Translations under genes and position numbers: made by a program | The notes under the pieces: generated by a model | Databases searched by the model: none | Told to the model about the DNA's origin: nothing | What the model saw: only the letters and a program-made list of their open reading frames with translations | NCBI GenBank assembly: GCA_973895155.1 | Contig: OZ316892.1 | Span: forward strand, 10,210,283 to 10,274,282 | DNA: 64,000 bases | Direction: 5' to 3' | From: Marsupella aquatica | Lineage: Eukaryota > Plantae > Marchantiophyta | Shown here: positions 52,201 through 64,000 of the stretch, piece by piece | Numbering within the stretch: the stretch's first letter is position 1 | Layout: each line of letters starts with the position of its first letter

Positions 52201-54674
52201 AGAGTTCATGTGTGACTAGTTATCAAAAACAAGTATTGAAAGAATGATTATAAGAAAGTTAATCGAAAAACTGCACACCTTTTTAAAAGTTAGAGAATTA
52301 CAATACTTTAAGGCATATAAGATGCACTCATCAATTATCAGAATACTAGTTCTGCAAGTAAGGAAATATGCCACTCAAAATTATATGTAAAATATAGTGA
52401 ACCTGATCAAGACCAAGGAATTGAAAAAAATTTAAGGGGCTGCCCAAAATGACTAAATTCTATATAGTACATGGCTAATGCATGGACTAGGCCAGATTAA
52501 CATAATAATCCATTTCAATCAACTTGAATAAGACAAGATAGCCAAAGAGTGTCCCGCCATATAGCAATATAGCAACCTCCAAAAAATAATGGATAAATCC
52601 TCTATGGACTTTAAAATAAGTGTTCCACAACTGATCTGAATAGACATCCATAGGACAACATTTGGCTGAAAGGAAGCTTCATTGGCTAGGAACAAGAAAA
52701 AACAAAATCCACCTGAAAATTATAATTGTTATGGTCAGATTCTCTGAGCAGAACTTTTTTTCAGTATCATTGCTCAAGGATTGTGTTGCCCTATTTGATG
52801 ACAACATGAAAGTTCTTTATGCAATGGAATCAAGCCAGTATATGTGTAATTAACAATTTCCAAAGTGAATGAGACAACGCTACTGCCAAGACTCTCCTTC
52901 AGCCCCCACTTCATCGTTCTTGTGACCCAATGGTCCTTTTCCCCTTAGGCTTTTGACAAGCTGGGTTTCCTCTCCTTCACATGGGGCCCCACGTTCTGGT
53001 ATGATGGGCTGTGTTGTGATCTTCTACCTCTCTTTGCCTTCCCCGTAGTCTTTGCTGGTAGGTATACCCTAACTTTAACCGAACATTAAGTACCAGCCAA
53101 GCCTAAACTACCCTAATTAGCTAATGTTCCTTTGCCTAAGTGAACAGGAGATCTACTCTAGAGGCTCATCCCATCATAAGACTCTCATTGTAACTCTAAA
53201 AAGTTGGTGCTTTCTTAAGAAATATGAACTAGGTAGATACCCGGGTAGATACAGTTTTTTGTGAAGGGGACATGTATTCTTATGTCATGGAATTGGAGTT
53301 GTGATAAATTAATTAGATGATACTCAAACTCTTAAATTCACAACAATACAACAGTTTTGCTGTACACCATTTTGACTGTATTAGCCACCTGAGTAGCCCA
53401 ATGTCCATGCTTCCATAAATATATCAAGGTGACAAGCAAAAAAAAAATGTAGGTATGCCAAGGCAATTCCTGAGTAGTTTTTTGTGCCGCTGCACTCTGT
53501 TCTTGTTGCTACTACGTGCGATTGTCCATACAATGATGTCCTTGCACCATATAGTGCCATCATGGCGGAGATTGCATGTTCTTGTTGCTACTGCCATGCA
53601 ATCGTTGCCGCCATGTGGTCAATCCTCTGTGTTGCACACTTGTCAGAACCACCATGGTTTTGTGGCAGTCATGAGGTGGTTGCAACCATGTTGTTGTTGT
53701 GAAAGTGATGGAACAAGGGTGAGACAGCCCCTATAGGACAGAGGCAGGCGTGGTCACTTGGCACTAGGTGGACGAAGACCTTCCCCCTCCCCTGCCCTTC
53801 CTCTCCCTCTCCTCTCACTCCTGTCCTCACTCCGGTGCCCGCCCTCCCTTGTGTTCTTGTTGCGTACAGTGAGTCATTGTAAAGAAAGTTGTCATTCACT
53901 ACAACACTATGCACCTCTTTTGCGAACCACCACCCTTCGCATCATACAAAGGAAACAAAATCCGAAATACCCAATTTGCGAATTTACTCGCATCGCAACG
54001 TCTTCGCTACTTCCCATCTCAAATTCTTCGCAAACGGCCCTTCGCAACTACTTCGCAACTTGCGATTCTAAATACGTCGCAACATCTCCGCAACGTTGCG
54101 ACGGCACTGTCCTTGCAAATATTGAGAAACGACAAATTTCATTATTTTGCGAGAACAAATGAATCGCTCGCGTTGCGATAACATTTACATCGCAATTTCC
54201 GATGTTAAATTTCTCTATAACTTGCGATGCAAACAAACTCGTAAGATTGCGAGAAGTGGATGACCGCTTTGTTGCGAAGGCATTTAACTCGCAAACGTGT
54301 GGAGAGGAAGTCTTCGCTAGGGTTGTGATTTAGACAACATCGCAAGTGTTGCGATGCGTTTCTCCTCGGAATGGTTGCGATACGTTCACCGTGGCTCTTT
54401 GAGATGGGGGTTGGTTCTCAAAAGCTTCGCAAAATGTATATTTCATGGGTTTTTGTGTATTTGGGTTACGGTGAGGGTGAGGGAGACCATTCATGGGTTT
54501 TGAAGGAGGGAGGAAAGTGATGTTGACCCAGTCTGCCGCAATTAAAATGACATTACTGAAAAAGTACAAAAGTTACAAAATGGAAGGGTAAAAACCCTTA
54601 GGTAAAGTGCCACGGCCATGCATGCTGATCGCTATACATGTGAACTCGATGTAAGTGCTCTAGCTACAACTTGT

Positions 54675-56755
54675 CTACATTGAGCTAGAAAGGAGTGTTC
54701 CTGCCCCTCCTTGCCTTCTTCCCCTTGGCCTTCTCCTTGCCCTTGTGTGCTCTTGGGGGGGTGCAACCTGGACTTCCTCCTCCTCTTGGTCACCCTCGGG
54801 GTCACCCTCATCCTCATCCTCATCCTCATCCCCACCTCCACCGCCCTGGCTTGCCGCGCTACCACCCCCAGCACCACTGGAACGTGCTGATGCAAATGAC
54901 TGGTCTCCAGTGCTAGTTGGCCTGGCTTGAGTAGCAGGAGCTGTGCTCCCCTCCCCTGTCCCCTCCACATCCTCATCACTACTATCGGTGCCACCCTCGG
55001 TATGGGAGTCACCATCCTCCCCTCCCTGCTTCCATTAGCAAACCAGGGTGTCTGTTAGTCTCATATTCTTTACAAGTGTGAACAAAAGAGATATTCATTC
55101 AAAATTGCAATGAATGTAATAACCTAAAAATTCTCACCAATAATTCATCAACTTGCTGAAAGAGATGCTCCTTCCCATGTTTCTGGCCCACCTCCATCTC
55201 AGCCGCCGTAATCTTCCTCTTGTACCTCTTGTACTAAGCCAAAACAAAACCAGCACAATTGGGTTAACACCAACCCATAACCCGATTCACATGGCTTCTA
55301 AAAATTAGGGGGTTTGTTGGGGCTGGTGGGGTGGTGCATCAAGGTTTTGGGGTTATGGAGGGTGGCATATATGGGGAAGACCCTCAAAGAACACTTAAAC
55401 GATCGGAAAATTTAAAAATTCAAATTTTTGAAATTTTGCGAAGGTGCCAGCTTCGCAATCATAAGGACAATTACGTTTGCGAAGCTGGTTGCGATGCGAA
55501 CGTCTTCGCAACGCCTTCGCAAACGTAAGCAAAAAAAGGGCATAATAAGGTTTGCGAAGGATTTGCGAAGCTACCCGCATCGCAAATGTATCGCAAACTC
55601 TGTCATGGCAAAAACCCGAGAGGGAAGCAACTGTACGTGACCTAATCTGACACAACAAGTCTAATTGTAACTACTTGGTGGAAATGCAAGAAAGAGTTGG
55701 CTCATTGCAGGTGTGTTGGAATAGGAATTGGAGTAGCAAGAAGTCAAGGGAGGAGAGGGAGGTGCACTCACGAATGCTGCTTTGAGGCCGGGGAGGCCAC
55801 CTTGACCCAGCCTGTGGGTGATGTTGGGCTTGTCTCGGACTCGCTCAGCTGCCTTCAGGAACTTGTTGGGTGGATCGCCTACTTCTGCTACAACCTGCTG
55901 GAGCTGGGCTACCTTCTGCTCCATCACCTTCAGGTCCCGGTCAGACTTCCCGGCCTCCTTTGCCCTTCGAGCCTTTGCCAGCTTCTTTGTGAAATCATTG
56001 AGGAGCCTGGCTGCTTTCAACTTCACCTCTGTCTGGTAGAAGGCCTGCTAGATATCTTCTGAGAATTGCAGCGGCCTTTGCAAATTCCTATACTCCTCCA
56101 AATCTCTAAGGTGAGACCTGATCTTCATTCTATCATGGTATCTAGCTTGTGACATGGAGTTTGAAATTTTGTCAGCAAGCCACTGTGAATCCATCTCTCC
56201 TCCATTTCGAAATGCATCTTTCACCTGATTGATGACTTGCTTCTGCTCTGCCTTTGAGCGAGTGCCCCACTTGACTCCTCTTGCAAAATTTGTGGATACA
56301 ATGTGCCTGATTGTGCTCTTGGCCCCATTGTAAGCAAGCTCGGTGGGAATCCCCTCATCCTCTAAAGTAATCAGAGGCAGCTTCCTCCTTGCTGCCTCCT
56401 TCTTTCTTTGCTCCTCCCTCTGTTTCCTGATCAGGTCTCTCTCATCTTTCCTCCTCTTCTTTTCCAATGCTTGAGGCGAGAGCACTCCAGCCTGAGCTCT
56501 CTCGTCCCTCTTTCGCTTCCTCTCAGCAGCCGCCTGCTCTGCTGCCTTCCTTGCATCCTCCTCCACTGCTGCTTGCCCTGCAGTGAGACCTGCTTGCAAG
56601 GCTTGGCCCAGAAGGGCACTCAATGATGCCAGCCCTGCTGGACTGGTGAAATCAATTTGACTCAACTGTGCAACCAAAAAATGCTCATCCACAATCGCCT
56701 TCAATCGATCCCCCCCCCCCTCGGTTGCCTCCGCTGCTGCCAGAAGCTCCTCCAT
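54675..56755 (-). pseudogene. TnpA/Transposase_24-like gene of element 2. Exons 56755-55772, 55233-55138, 55025-54675; premature stop at 56048-56050
   Basis: VKWGTRSKAEQKQVINQVKDAF...QRPLQFSEDI*QAFY...THRLGQGGLPGL resembles the En/Spm ORF2 core. Phase-0 GT-AG junctions join the three exons, ending in an acidic tail. Family assignment is by resemblance only. Confidence 0.65.
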
Positions 56756-57539
56756 CACCACCAGTCCCCTCTTCGCTCGCCATCGCTCCGCCCTTGCCCT
56801 CGTTGCTCTCCTCAGGCCTGAATGAACTGAATCCGCCTTGTCCGCACTCGGCAATCCATAAGGATTCAAAATATTGGGCTTTGCGATTCGTTTCGCATCG
56901 CAGTTTGCGATGCATCGGCCTTCGCAAAAAGCTTCGCAAATTCTATCTTTGCGAAGCTTCAAGATTCGCAAAAGCCTTCGCTATTTGGTTTTGCCATAAC
57001 CCCCGTCTCGCATGCGTATTTGATGTGTTGTTAGGGATACTAAGGGGGCTTATGAACATTAAATGGGGTAGATGTAGAGGATTATGTTGCATTTTAGTGG
57101 GATGTGATGAGATAAGGATTGGGGGGGTTAGAAAATTGAAGGAGTTATATTGCAGGGTAAGAGGAGGGGGTTTGGCCTGGTTAGGGGAGGGTTTCTTTTG
57201 TGAAGGTTGGGCTTAGATTGGCTTAGATACGAGGGGTTTTATGTTTTGGGTTTGCAGGGGGGTTTTATTTATGAAGGTTGGGGTTATATGTATTGGAGGG
57301 TAAGAGCTAGGAGGGGTTTTATGTTTTGGGTTTTGGGGTTTAGGCCAACTTAGGAGGGTTTGAAAGAGAGGTTTCAGTTTTATAGTATCTTGGGTTACTT
57401 TTATGGTATCTTAGGAGGGTAACCAAGAGGGGTGGCATATAATTATGGTAGAGAGAAGCATAGGATGGTTGAAGGGAATTGACCATTTAGGTTTTTGCTA
57501 ACTTCATTGGCTTATGCTTTTAGAGTTCCCAAGGGTCTA

Positions 57540-58510
57540 TGGTGGGTTTTTATTGCATGACACTCACCTTTCACTTGAAGCGGGATGAGGTTTTGGTTTT
57601 TATGCTAACAATTGAGGGAAATCCCATGTAATCATGATCCAGTGCAGGACCATCACTGCTTCCTCAACTTTTGTCTAATGCATATGCATTGTGGGAACCC
57701 GGACATCTAAAAGGTATATTTAAACATGTATGTTAGCAGGGTTTGATAAAGAGATTGTTCATAAACCTTGCCCTTCTTTGTTGTGCAAGAATATCTATAT
57801 GCACATGTTTGGGGGTCTACAACTTGAGAGAAGCTAATGGCTATCCAAACTTACTTTTTTGTTTCCAGTATTTTCCTCGTGCTTCTAGATTCAGCTCATG
57901 TTCAATGAGCCACACGACCTACAGGCACTATTGAGTCCGGATCTCATTCAGGTAATTATTGTCCAACTTCATTCTGGGCTTAGGCCTTTAGAGTTTTCCC
58001 AGGGGTCTAGGGTGGGTTTTTATTGCATGACACTCACCTTTCACTCGAGGGGGGATAAGGGTTTAGGGTTTAGGGTTTTATGCTAACAATTGAGGGGAAA
58101 ACCCATGTAATCATGATACAACGCAGGGCCAACACTACTACCTCAACTTTTGTCTAATGCATATGCATTGTGGGAACCCGGGCATCTAAAAGGTATAACA
58201 TCATGTATACAGTCAATGTTGTTAGTACAGATTTTTATGCTTGCCCTTCTTTGTTGTGCCATGATATATGTGGGTAAATGTCTAAGATTCCACAACTTGA
58301 CGGCTGCTAATTACCATCCAAACTTACATTTTGTTTCCAGTATTTTCCTCCTACTTCTAGATTTGGCAAATGTTCCAAAAGCCACGTGACCTATAGGCAC
58401 TGTTGAGCCCGGGTCTCATTCAGGTAATAATCTAACCTCACTTAGGACATAGGGTATTACAATTTTCCCAAAGGTTATAATGTGGTTTCTTCTTGCATGA
58501 CACTCACCTT
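57540..58510. repeat. ~470 bp tandem repeat (2+ copies) between the divergent genes of element 2
   Basis: ggtgggtttttattgcatgacactcacctt at ~57541, 58011 and (variant) 58482, with collinear downstream sequence. Confidence 0.85.
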
Positions 58511-58666
58511 AATTTGGGTTTCATGCTAACAAATATAAAAGGGTAATAAAACCCCATGTATAAACCAACCTAATTGTTTTTTGAGTTCATTTTTTTTTAA
58601 ATCGCTTTATATATGGCCTAATTTTTCCTAATCATGCCCTACATGCAATGTAATGTGGCAGTGGAT

Positions 58667-58891
58667 ATGTCCTCTTCCTCTGAACTATCCAGTAGTGAGC
58701 ACTCCTCCGATGACGATATACCCCCTCCTCCTCAGCCCGAGGTTACTGGTCCTCGTGGTCCACCCCGAAGACTTTGTGACTGCACCAGATGTGTGGGCCA
58801 AATTTCTCAAAAATCTTATGTGTGTGCTCAACATATTGAGAGATATGGACGTCATAGAGGTCTTACTCCCGGGGCTTCTTCATCCCATATG
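58667..58891 (+). CDS. First coding exon of the element 2 transposase locus (transposase-associated Cys/His domain)
   Basis: MSSSSELSSSEHSSDDD...RLCDCTRCVGQISQKSYVCAQHIERYG, a CxCxxC...H motif homologous to the N-terminus of the element 1 transposase. Ends at a phase-0 GTAAGT donor (58892). Confidence 0.7.
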
Positions 58892-59002
58892 GTAAGTTTG
58901 TTTCAATTGATTGTCGTTCTTTACTGTTATTTTTAGAGGTGAATCAATGTTTACACATATGGTTTACACATTTGGTTGTTTGTGGGTGTTTGCATGGAAT
59001 AG

Positions 59003-59833
59003 GGATCCAGTATGCGTAGATTGGTGACACCACCACCCTATGTCCCATCACAAGGAGTTTTAGATGCTATAGGCAATGCACTTTCACAAGCCTTGGGTTT
59101 GGGAATTAGTACCAGTCATGGGACAGAAGGGGAACACCCTCATGTGCCCACTGAGACACGAAGACCCCGGTCCAGGCCCCAATCCAACAGGAGGCCACGA
59201 GCACCCAATGACCCATCCAGAACACTAGTTCAGGGTAGGTGGGGTGTTTGTTCATTCACTGGCAAGTGTGCCTCTATCATCAAGGATTGGGAACCTATCA
59301 CTCTTGGCTTGCCTTATTTTACAGATTTTGATGAGGAGATTGTGGTTTGGGGTAGACGTTGGATTGTGAAAACTTCCACACTTGGAGAGAGACATGGATA
59401 TGGAGTATTTGCTTGTGAGGATATCATCATGGATGAGGAGGGTGGGTCAAGTGTTCGTGGTAGAGAGGGTCCTACTTTGTTCCCATACGGTGGACCCATC
59501 TACAAGAGAAGACATTGGAACATGATCCTTGCACAACATCCTGAGTGGAAAACATATGCTCTAGAGATGGATACTTTTGATGGTAGCACTAGAAGGTATA
59601 GTGAGCAGCGGGTGATAGATGGTGATCCCATACGTAATGGGAATATTGCTGGTTTCATAAATAGTACTGTGGGGACTCGGCCCAAGCGTAGGGCCAATTG
59701 TGAGTGGGTTTTTACTGATGGTCCAATGCCGGCACCATATGGCACGACATATCATAAGGACCATTGCTTAGTTCTTGCTACTAGGACCATTAGAGCAGGA
59801 GATGAGTTATTCACACACTATGAGTGGGATTAG
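59003..59833 (+). CDS. SET-domain protein (putative lysine methyltransferase) exon inside CACTA element 2
   Basis: VKTSTLGERHGYGVFACEDI (motif I), FPYGG (YxG), YALEM..IDGDP..GNIAGFINS...ANC (motif III) and VLATRTIRAGDELFTHY (motif IV). Uninterrupted frame; no post-SET cysteines. Confidence 0.85.
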   Translation, partial: GSSMRRLVTPPPYVPSQGVLDAIGNALSQALGLGISTSHGTEGEHPHVPTETRRPRSRPQSNRRPRAPNDPSRTLVQGRWGVCSFTGKCASIIKDWEPITLGLPYFTDFDEEIVVWGRRWIVKTSTLGERHGYGVFACEDIIMDEEGGSSVRGREGPTLFPYGGPIYKRRHWNMILAQHPEWKTYALEMDTFDGSTRRYSEQRVIDGDPIRNGNIAGFINSTVGTRPKRRANCEWVFTDGPMPAPYGTTYHKDHCLVLATRTIRAGDELFTHYEWD

Positions 59834-60044
59834 GAAATCATGTCCTTTATCCTCTTGCACCTATTTTGGACTTCCCATTTACTATTATATATATGGCCTT
59901 TGGGCTCATTTTGGAGTAATAAGGTTTTAGCCCATGCATTTACTTTAATTCTTAATGTCTTGAATGAATGGTGTTAAGTCTATTTTAATTTGTTGTACTT
60001 GGTCAAATATACATGAGGAGGTTTTTTGGTTGTAATGTGCATAG

Positions 60045-63000
60045 AATGCGCAACCATCTCAACAAATGTTACCACGAAGGTTGAGAGCAACATATCGGGA
60101 GATGGGTATGCCAGAAGAGGGAGAACCATCAGAGGGTGATTCCTCATCAAGTAATGATGTAGGTGGTGCTGATGAGGAAGCCGCACCTCGGACTGATGAC
60201 CAGGTCATGCATGATCAAGATAGAGCCATGGATGACTTCATGGTTGATTGGTTTGGTGCCGATGTTGAGGATGATGTGCCTCACATTGGTCATGAGGTTG
60301 GCCCTTCAAATGACCCACGGCCACAACATACTCCAGAGGGACAACAACAATGGAAAGAGGCAGAGGAACATGCTCGAACACCTATTTTTGAGGGTGCTCG
60401 GTTGAGCCGTCTTTCTGCCATATTGGGGCTCTTGAACATTCAAGCCAAACACAAGACAAGCAATTCTATGTTATCAGACATATTTGAATATTGTCATGAC
60501 TTGATGTTACCCTCGGAGAATGTGTTGCCAGGGACCTGGAAGGATGCAAAGAAGGTTCTCTCATCCATTGGTATGGATTACCATATTATTCATGCTTGTG
60601 TGAATGATTGCATGTTATTTCACGGGGATACAGCCCATATCACAGAATGCACAGTGTGTCATGAGCCACGGTATGAGCCAAACATGCTAACCCAGAAGGT
60701 ACCAAGGAAAGCAGTTCGTTGGTTCCCCATAATTCCTCGCTTGTTGCACATGTATAGATGTTCTGACTTGGCCGAGTTGATGGTATGGCACAAGAAACAT
60801 CGTTCGGAGCCCGGTGTCATGCGATTACCAGTTGACTCTCCTGCTCATAAACATGTGGAATCAACATGGCCAGATTTTGAGCGTGACCCTCGGCATGTGC
60901 GACTGGGGTTGGCATCAGATGGAGTTAGCCCTCATTCACTTGGAGGGAAGGGGAGACCTACATCGGTCTGGCCTGTGGTTCTCATGAATTACAACCTTCC
61001 ACCATGGTTGTCCATGAAAAAGGGTTTTTTGTTGCTATCTTTGATTATCCCAGGGCCAAAGAAGGTGAAGAACATGGACACCTATTTGACATTACTGGTT
61101 CAGGAACTCCAGAAATTATGGGAAGGAGTATGGGCATATGATGGTCGAAAGACTACAGGGGGTACCCCACGGGTTTTCAAACTCAAAGGGGTTTGTATGT
61201 GGACCATGCATGACTACCCAGGTAAGAACTTTGTTGTTTAAATGCATCATATTCTAATGCATGGTATCCCCTCATTTCCATGTGCTAATCCTAACATAAT
61301 GTGTGTTTATATGACCAGGATTTGGCTTTGTGAGTGGGTTGCAAACCCAAGGCTACAAGGCTTGCTCCACTTGTGGCCCAAGCCTTGGTGATGTAGACAA
61401 GTATTCATCACATCTTCGCAAGATTGTTTATCTTGGGCATACAAAGTTTCTTCCAATGGGACATCAGATGAGGCGTGACCCACTACTATTTTCCTCTATT
61501 GATATGCCCTTTGGTGACGAGCGTGATGTACCTGAGCCAACAACTTTTACACACTGGAAAGACATGGCTGCAAGAGTGGCAGACCCAGAGGATCCCATGC
61601 AATTTGACGGTAGTGGCTTGACAAGGTGGAGTATATTAACCACTTTGCCCTATTGGGGTGAGTTGAAGATCCGCCATCTATTAGACCCCATGCACATTGA
61701 GGGAAATGTGGGAAAGGCTTTGATAAAGGCTTTCTATGGAGAGAAAGACACTAACTTCAGGGAGGCTTGTGAGGATCTTGAGATGCATCCAGACGTGTGG
61801 GTCATAAGTGATCCTATCACAGGGATCGAGCATCGACCTTCAGCTCCATGGGTGCTTCCTATTGGCCAGAGAAGGGAGTTTCAGAATCGCATAGGAGACA
61901 TGCGGTTTCCTACTGGTTATGGTGCCAATCTCCGAAAGGCCTTTGGGATGGAGGACAATCATAAGTGGCCAAGGTATCTCAAGACACATGACTACCATAG
62001 GTTATTGCAGCACATATTGCCTATGGCCATAATAGGTTTGGCAAGTGAAGAAGTGCAAGATGCCCTTTGGTCATTGGGAAAACTATTGAGATGGGTATGC
62101 TCTAAGGAGATATATACTGATGAGATCCCTGGGATGGAGGTTTTGGCAGCAGAGGTGGTATGCAAGTTGGAGAAGGCCCTTCCTCCTTCCTTTTTTGACT
62201 ATCAAGTGCATTTACTTGTTCATCTTGTTCATGAGGTGGCCATTGCAGGTCCTGTGCATTGTCGGTGGATGTATTGGCTAGAATGATACATGGCAGTGTT
62301 AAAAGGTTATGTACGTAACCGTGCACGGGTTGAGGGAAGCATGGCTACAGGATACTTAGCAGCTGAGAGTATGTTCTATTGTAGTAACATATTGGCCACA
62401 ATTGATTGTACCTCTCCCCGTACTTGGGTAGAGGAGAGGGAAGATGAAGAGGATCGTTTAACAGGTGCTAGGAAAACTCGCATGTTGACACCAGTGGAGG
62501 TGAAACAACTGACCACATTCATGTTGAGTAACAGCACTATCATGGAAGAATGGAGGGATTTCTATGAGGATGCCAAAAGTAACAGCACAAGACCAAGGAT
62601 TTTTCCAAAGTACCTTGACTATATGAAGGAGAAGTTAGTTGAGGTGGATGACATGGTGGTCAGGGGAGAGAGTGTATTACATTTTCCGGCTATCACAGAT
62701 GATGTTCGTACCATTGTTCATGGTCCCTTGAGAGTGGTTACAACAAGGACAGCAATGTGGACACAAGGAAGACATTTCAGGTGATCTCCATCTACCTTAG
62801 TAACCTTTGATTTGAATCACTTGGTTTAATTTAATTCATTTGTAATACAAGCACGTATATTGAAGAGGCAGATTCTTGGTGTGTTCAATTAATTGGAATA
62901 TGTTTTTGTCTATTTTTGTGTAACATATCCTTATGGTTTGATGGATTTTAGGATTTCTTCCCTTGATGAGAAGAGGGTCGTACCTTTGATTGTGGAGTTC

Positions 63001-63437
63001 AAGGACAATTCTCTCAAGATTCCCGCAGCAGTCGCCATGACACAAATATTATTCGAGATGTTGTGCCACATTATGGAAAGGTAGAAGAGATTCTAGTGAT
63101 ATCTTATGATGCACAATCAAAGTTTGAAGAGTATGTCTTCAAGTGCAAGTGGTTCAAAGTGAACCTTGCAGGTAACAATCCTACTGTGGTTCAAGATGAG
63201 TGTGGATTTACACGACTGAAGACGTCTGCCACTAGTTTCCAGCCATCTCATTGGCAAACATCAGAGCCGTTCACTTTTCCAAGTCATGTGGAACAATGTT
63301 TCTATATTCCATACCCCCCAAACCCAGAGGAATGGTCACTTGTCATCACATATGTGCCACGGTCTCGTTCAATCGTTGGGGAAAAGCCTGATATTCTGGT
63401 TGTGTCCCAACCTGAAGATGATGAGGACCAAGTTTGA
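60045..63437 (+). pseudogene. TnpD/Tnp2-type CACTA transposase core of element 2. Exons ~60045-61221, 61319-62780, 62952-63437
   Basis: IHACVNDCMLF; VRWFPIIPRLLHMY; PRHVRLGLASDGVSP; WTMHDYPG; LDPMHIEGN; LKTHDYH; GPVHCRWMYWLE*YMAVLKGYVRNRARVEGS; FKCKWF..EPFTFPSHVEQCFY. One TGA stop at 62284 (probably CGA>TGA) and one frameshift near 62975. Confidence 0.92.
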
Positions 63438-64000
63438 GGGGTCTGTGTTTGTGGATATATAGCTACACGGATATATAGTTAGATTTGATGATATGAAGAT
63501 TTCTCTTCTCGGTAGAATGGAGAAATATGCGCTTCTCAATTATCAATAAACTTATGTTTTGTAAGTATATCATTTTCAAATGTTGTTTTCTATATCTCCC
63601 ATCCCTACCCCACACTCACCACACCTTTTGGTAGACTTTATGCAAAGAAAACTCATGTTGCTTGTAGTCCTCTATCCTCCATGCTTTCCTAATCCCCCCC
63701 TAGCTGTTCTCCTTATTACTTATACCCACCTCCCTCCTCCTTTCTTTCATTGTCTGTCCCTCTTATTAAACCCTCCTTCCTCCTTCCTCTCCTTGTCCCA
63801 ACCCCTGGCTTTCTATTTCAACCCTATACTTTCCTTACTTTCCACCCCTGTCCCCCACTCTTACCTATACAACCTAGCTTCTCTCCTCCCTCCTAAACCT
63901 ATACCCTTAAACCTCCCTCATTTCCTTGTCCCTCTCTAAACCAATACCCTCCCTCCTTTCCTTGTCCTTCTCTAAACCCTAAACTCCCTCCTTTTTATTT

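Larger units (their letters stand above)
53897..64000 (+). mobile_element. CACTA (En/Spm) transposon, element 2 (right end outside the window)
   Basis: CACTACAACACTATGCACC at 53897 is immediately followed by ~500 bp dense in TTCGCA/TGCGAA subterminal repeats. Contains TnpD-like and TnpA-like genes. The opposite TIR is not visible, so the left boundary is unconfirmed. Confidence 0.8.

Noticed and set aside
56756-56971. N-terminal extension of the 307 aa minus-strand ORF
   Set aside because: It starts at a non-ATG codon and runs through the TTCGCA motif cluster. The first in-frame ATG is at 56755.
63580-63939. 119 aa Pro/Leu-rich ORF
   Set aside because: Product of a low-complexity C/T-rich tract.

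Overview
Eukaryotic, land-plant genomic DNA, with GT-AG introns, plant gene families and scattered TTTAGGG motifs; a bryophyte such as a liverwort is plausible but only an inference. Host genes: an F-box/JmjC gene (JMJ22-like, 3 exons, -), an intronless monofunctional homoserine dehydrogenase (+), a 6-exon SGNH/GDSL esterase (-), an unknown membrane protein with an internal duplication (-) and a PADRE/DUF4228 gene (-). About 40% of the window is two CACTA (En/Spm) DNA transposons. The first is complete (17197-33538, ~30 bp TIRs, AAA target-site duplication). The second starts at about 53897 and runs off the window. The main finding is that each element carries an intact chromatin-domain ORF that appears wired into the element's splicing, while its transposase genes are disrupted. 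Element 1 has an EDM2/NSD-like multi-PHD zinc-finger ORF. Element 2 has a SET-domain ORF lying inside the predicted first intron of the transposase gene, as an in-frame alternative terminal exon. Each element is also covered in its own short motif (ATGAC versus TTCGCA), found near the ends and in internal clusters or tandem arrays. This suggests a transposon-encoded histone reader/writer system, possibly for anti-silencing or self-regulation. All gene models and domain calls were read by eye; no database searches were run.
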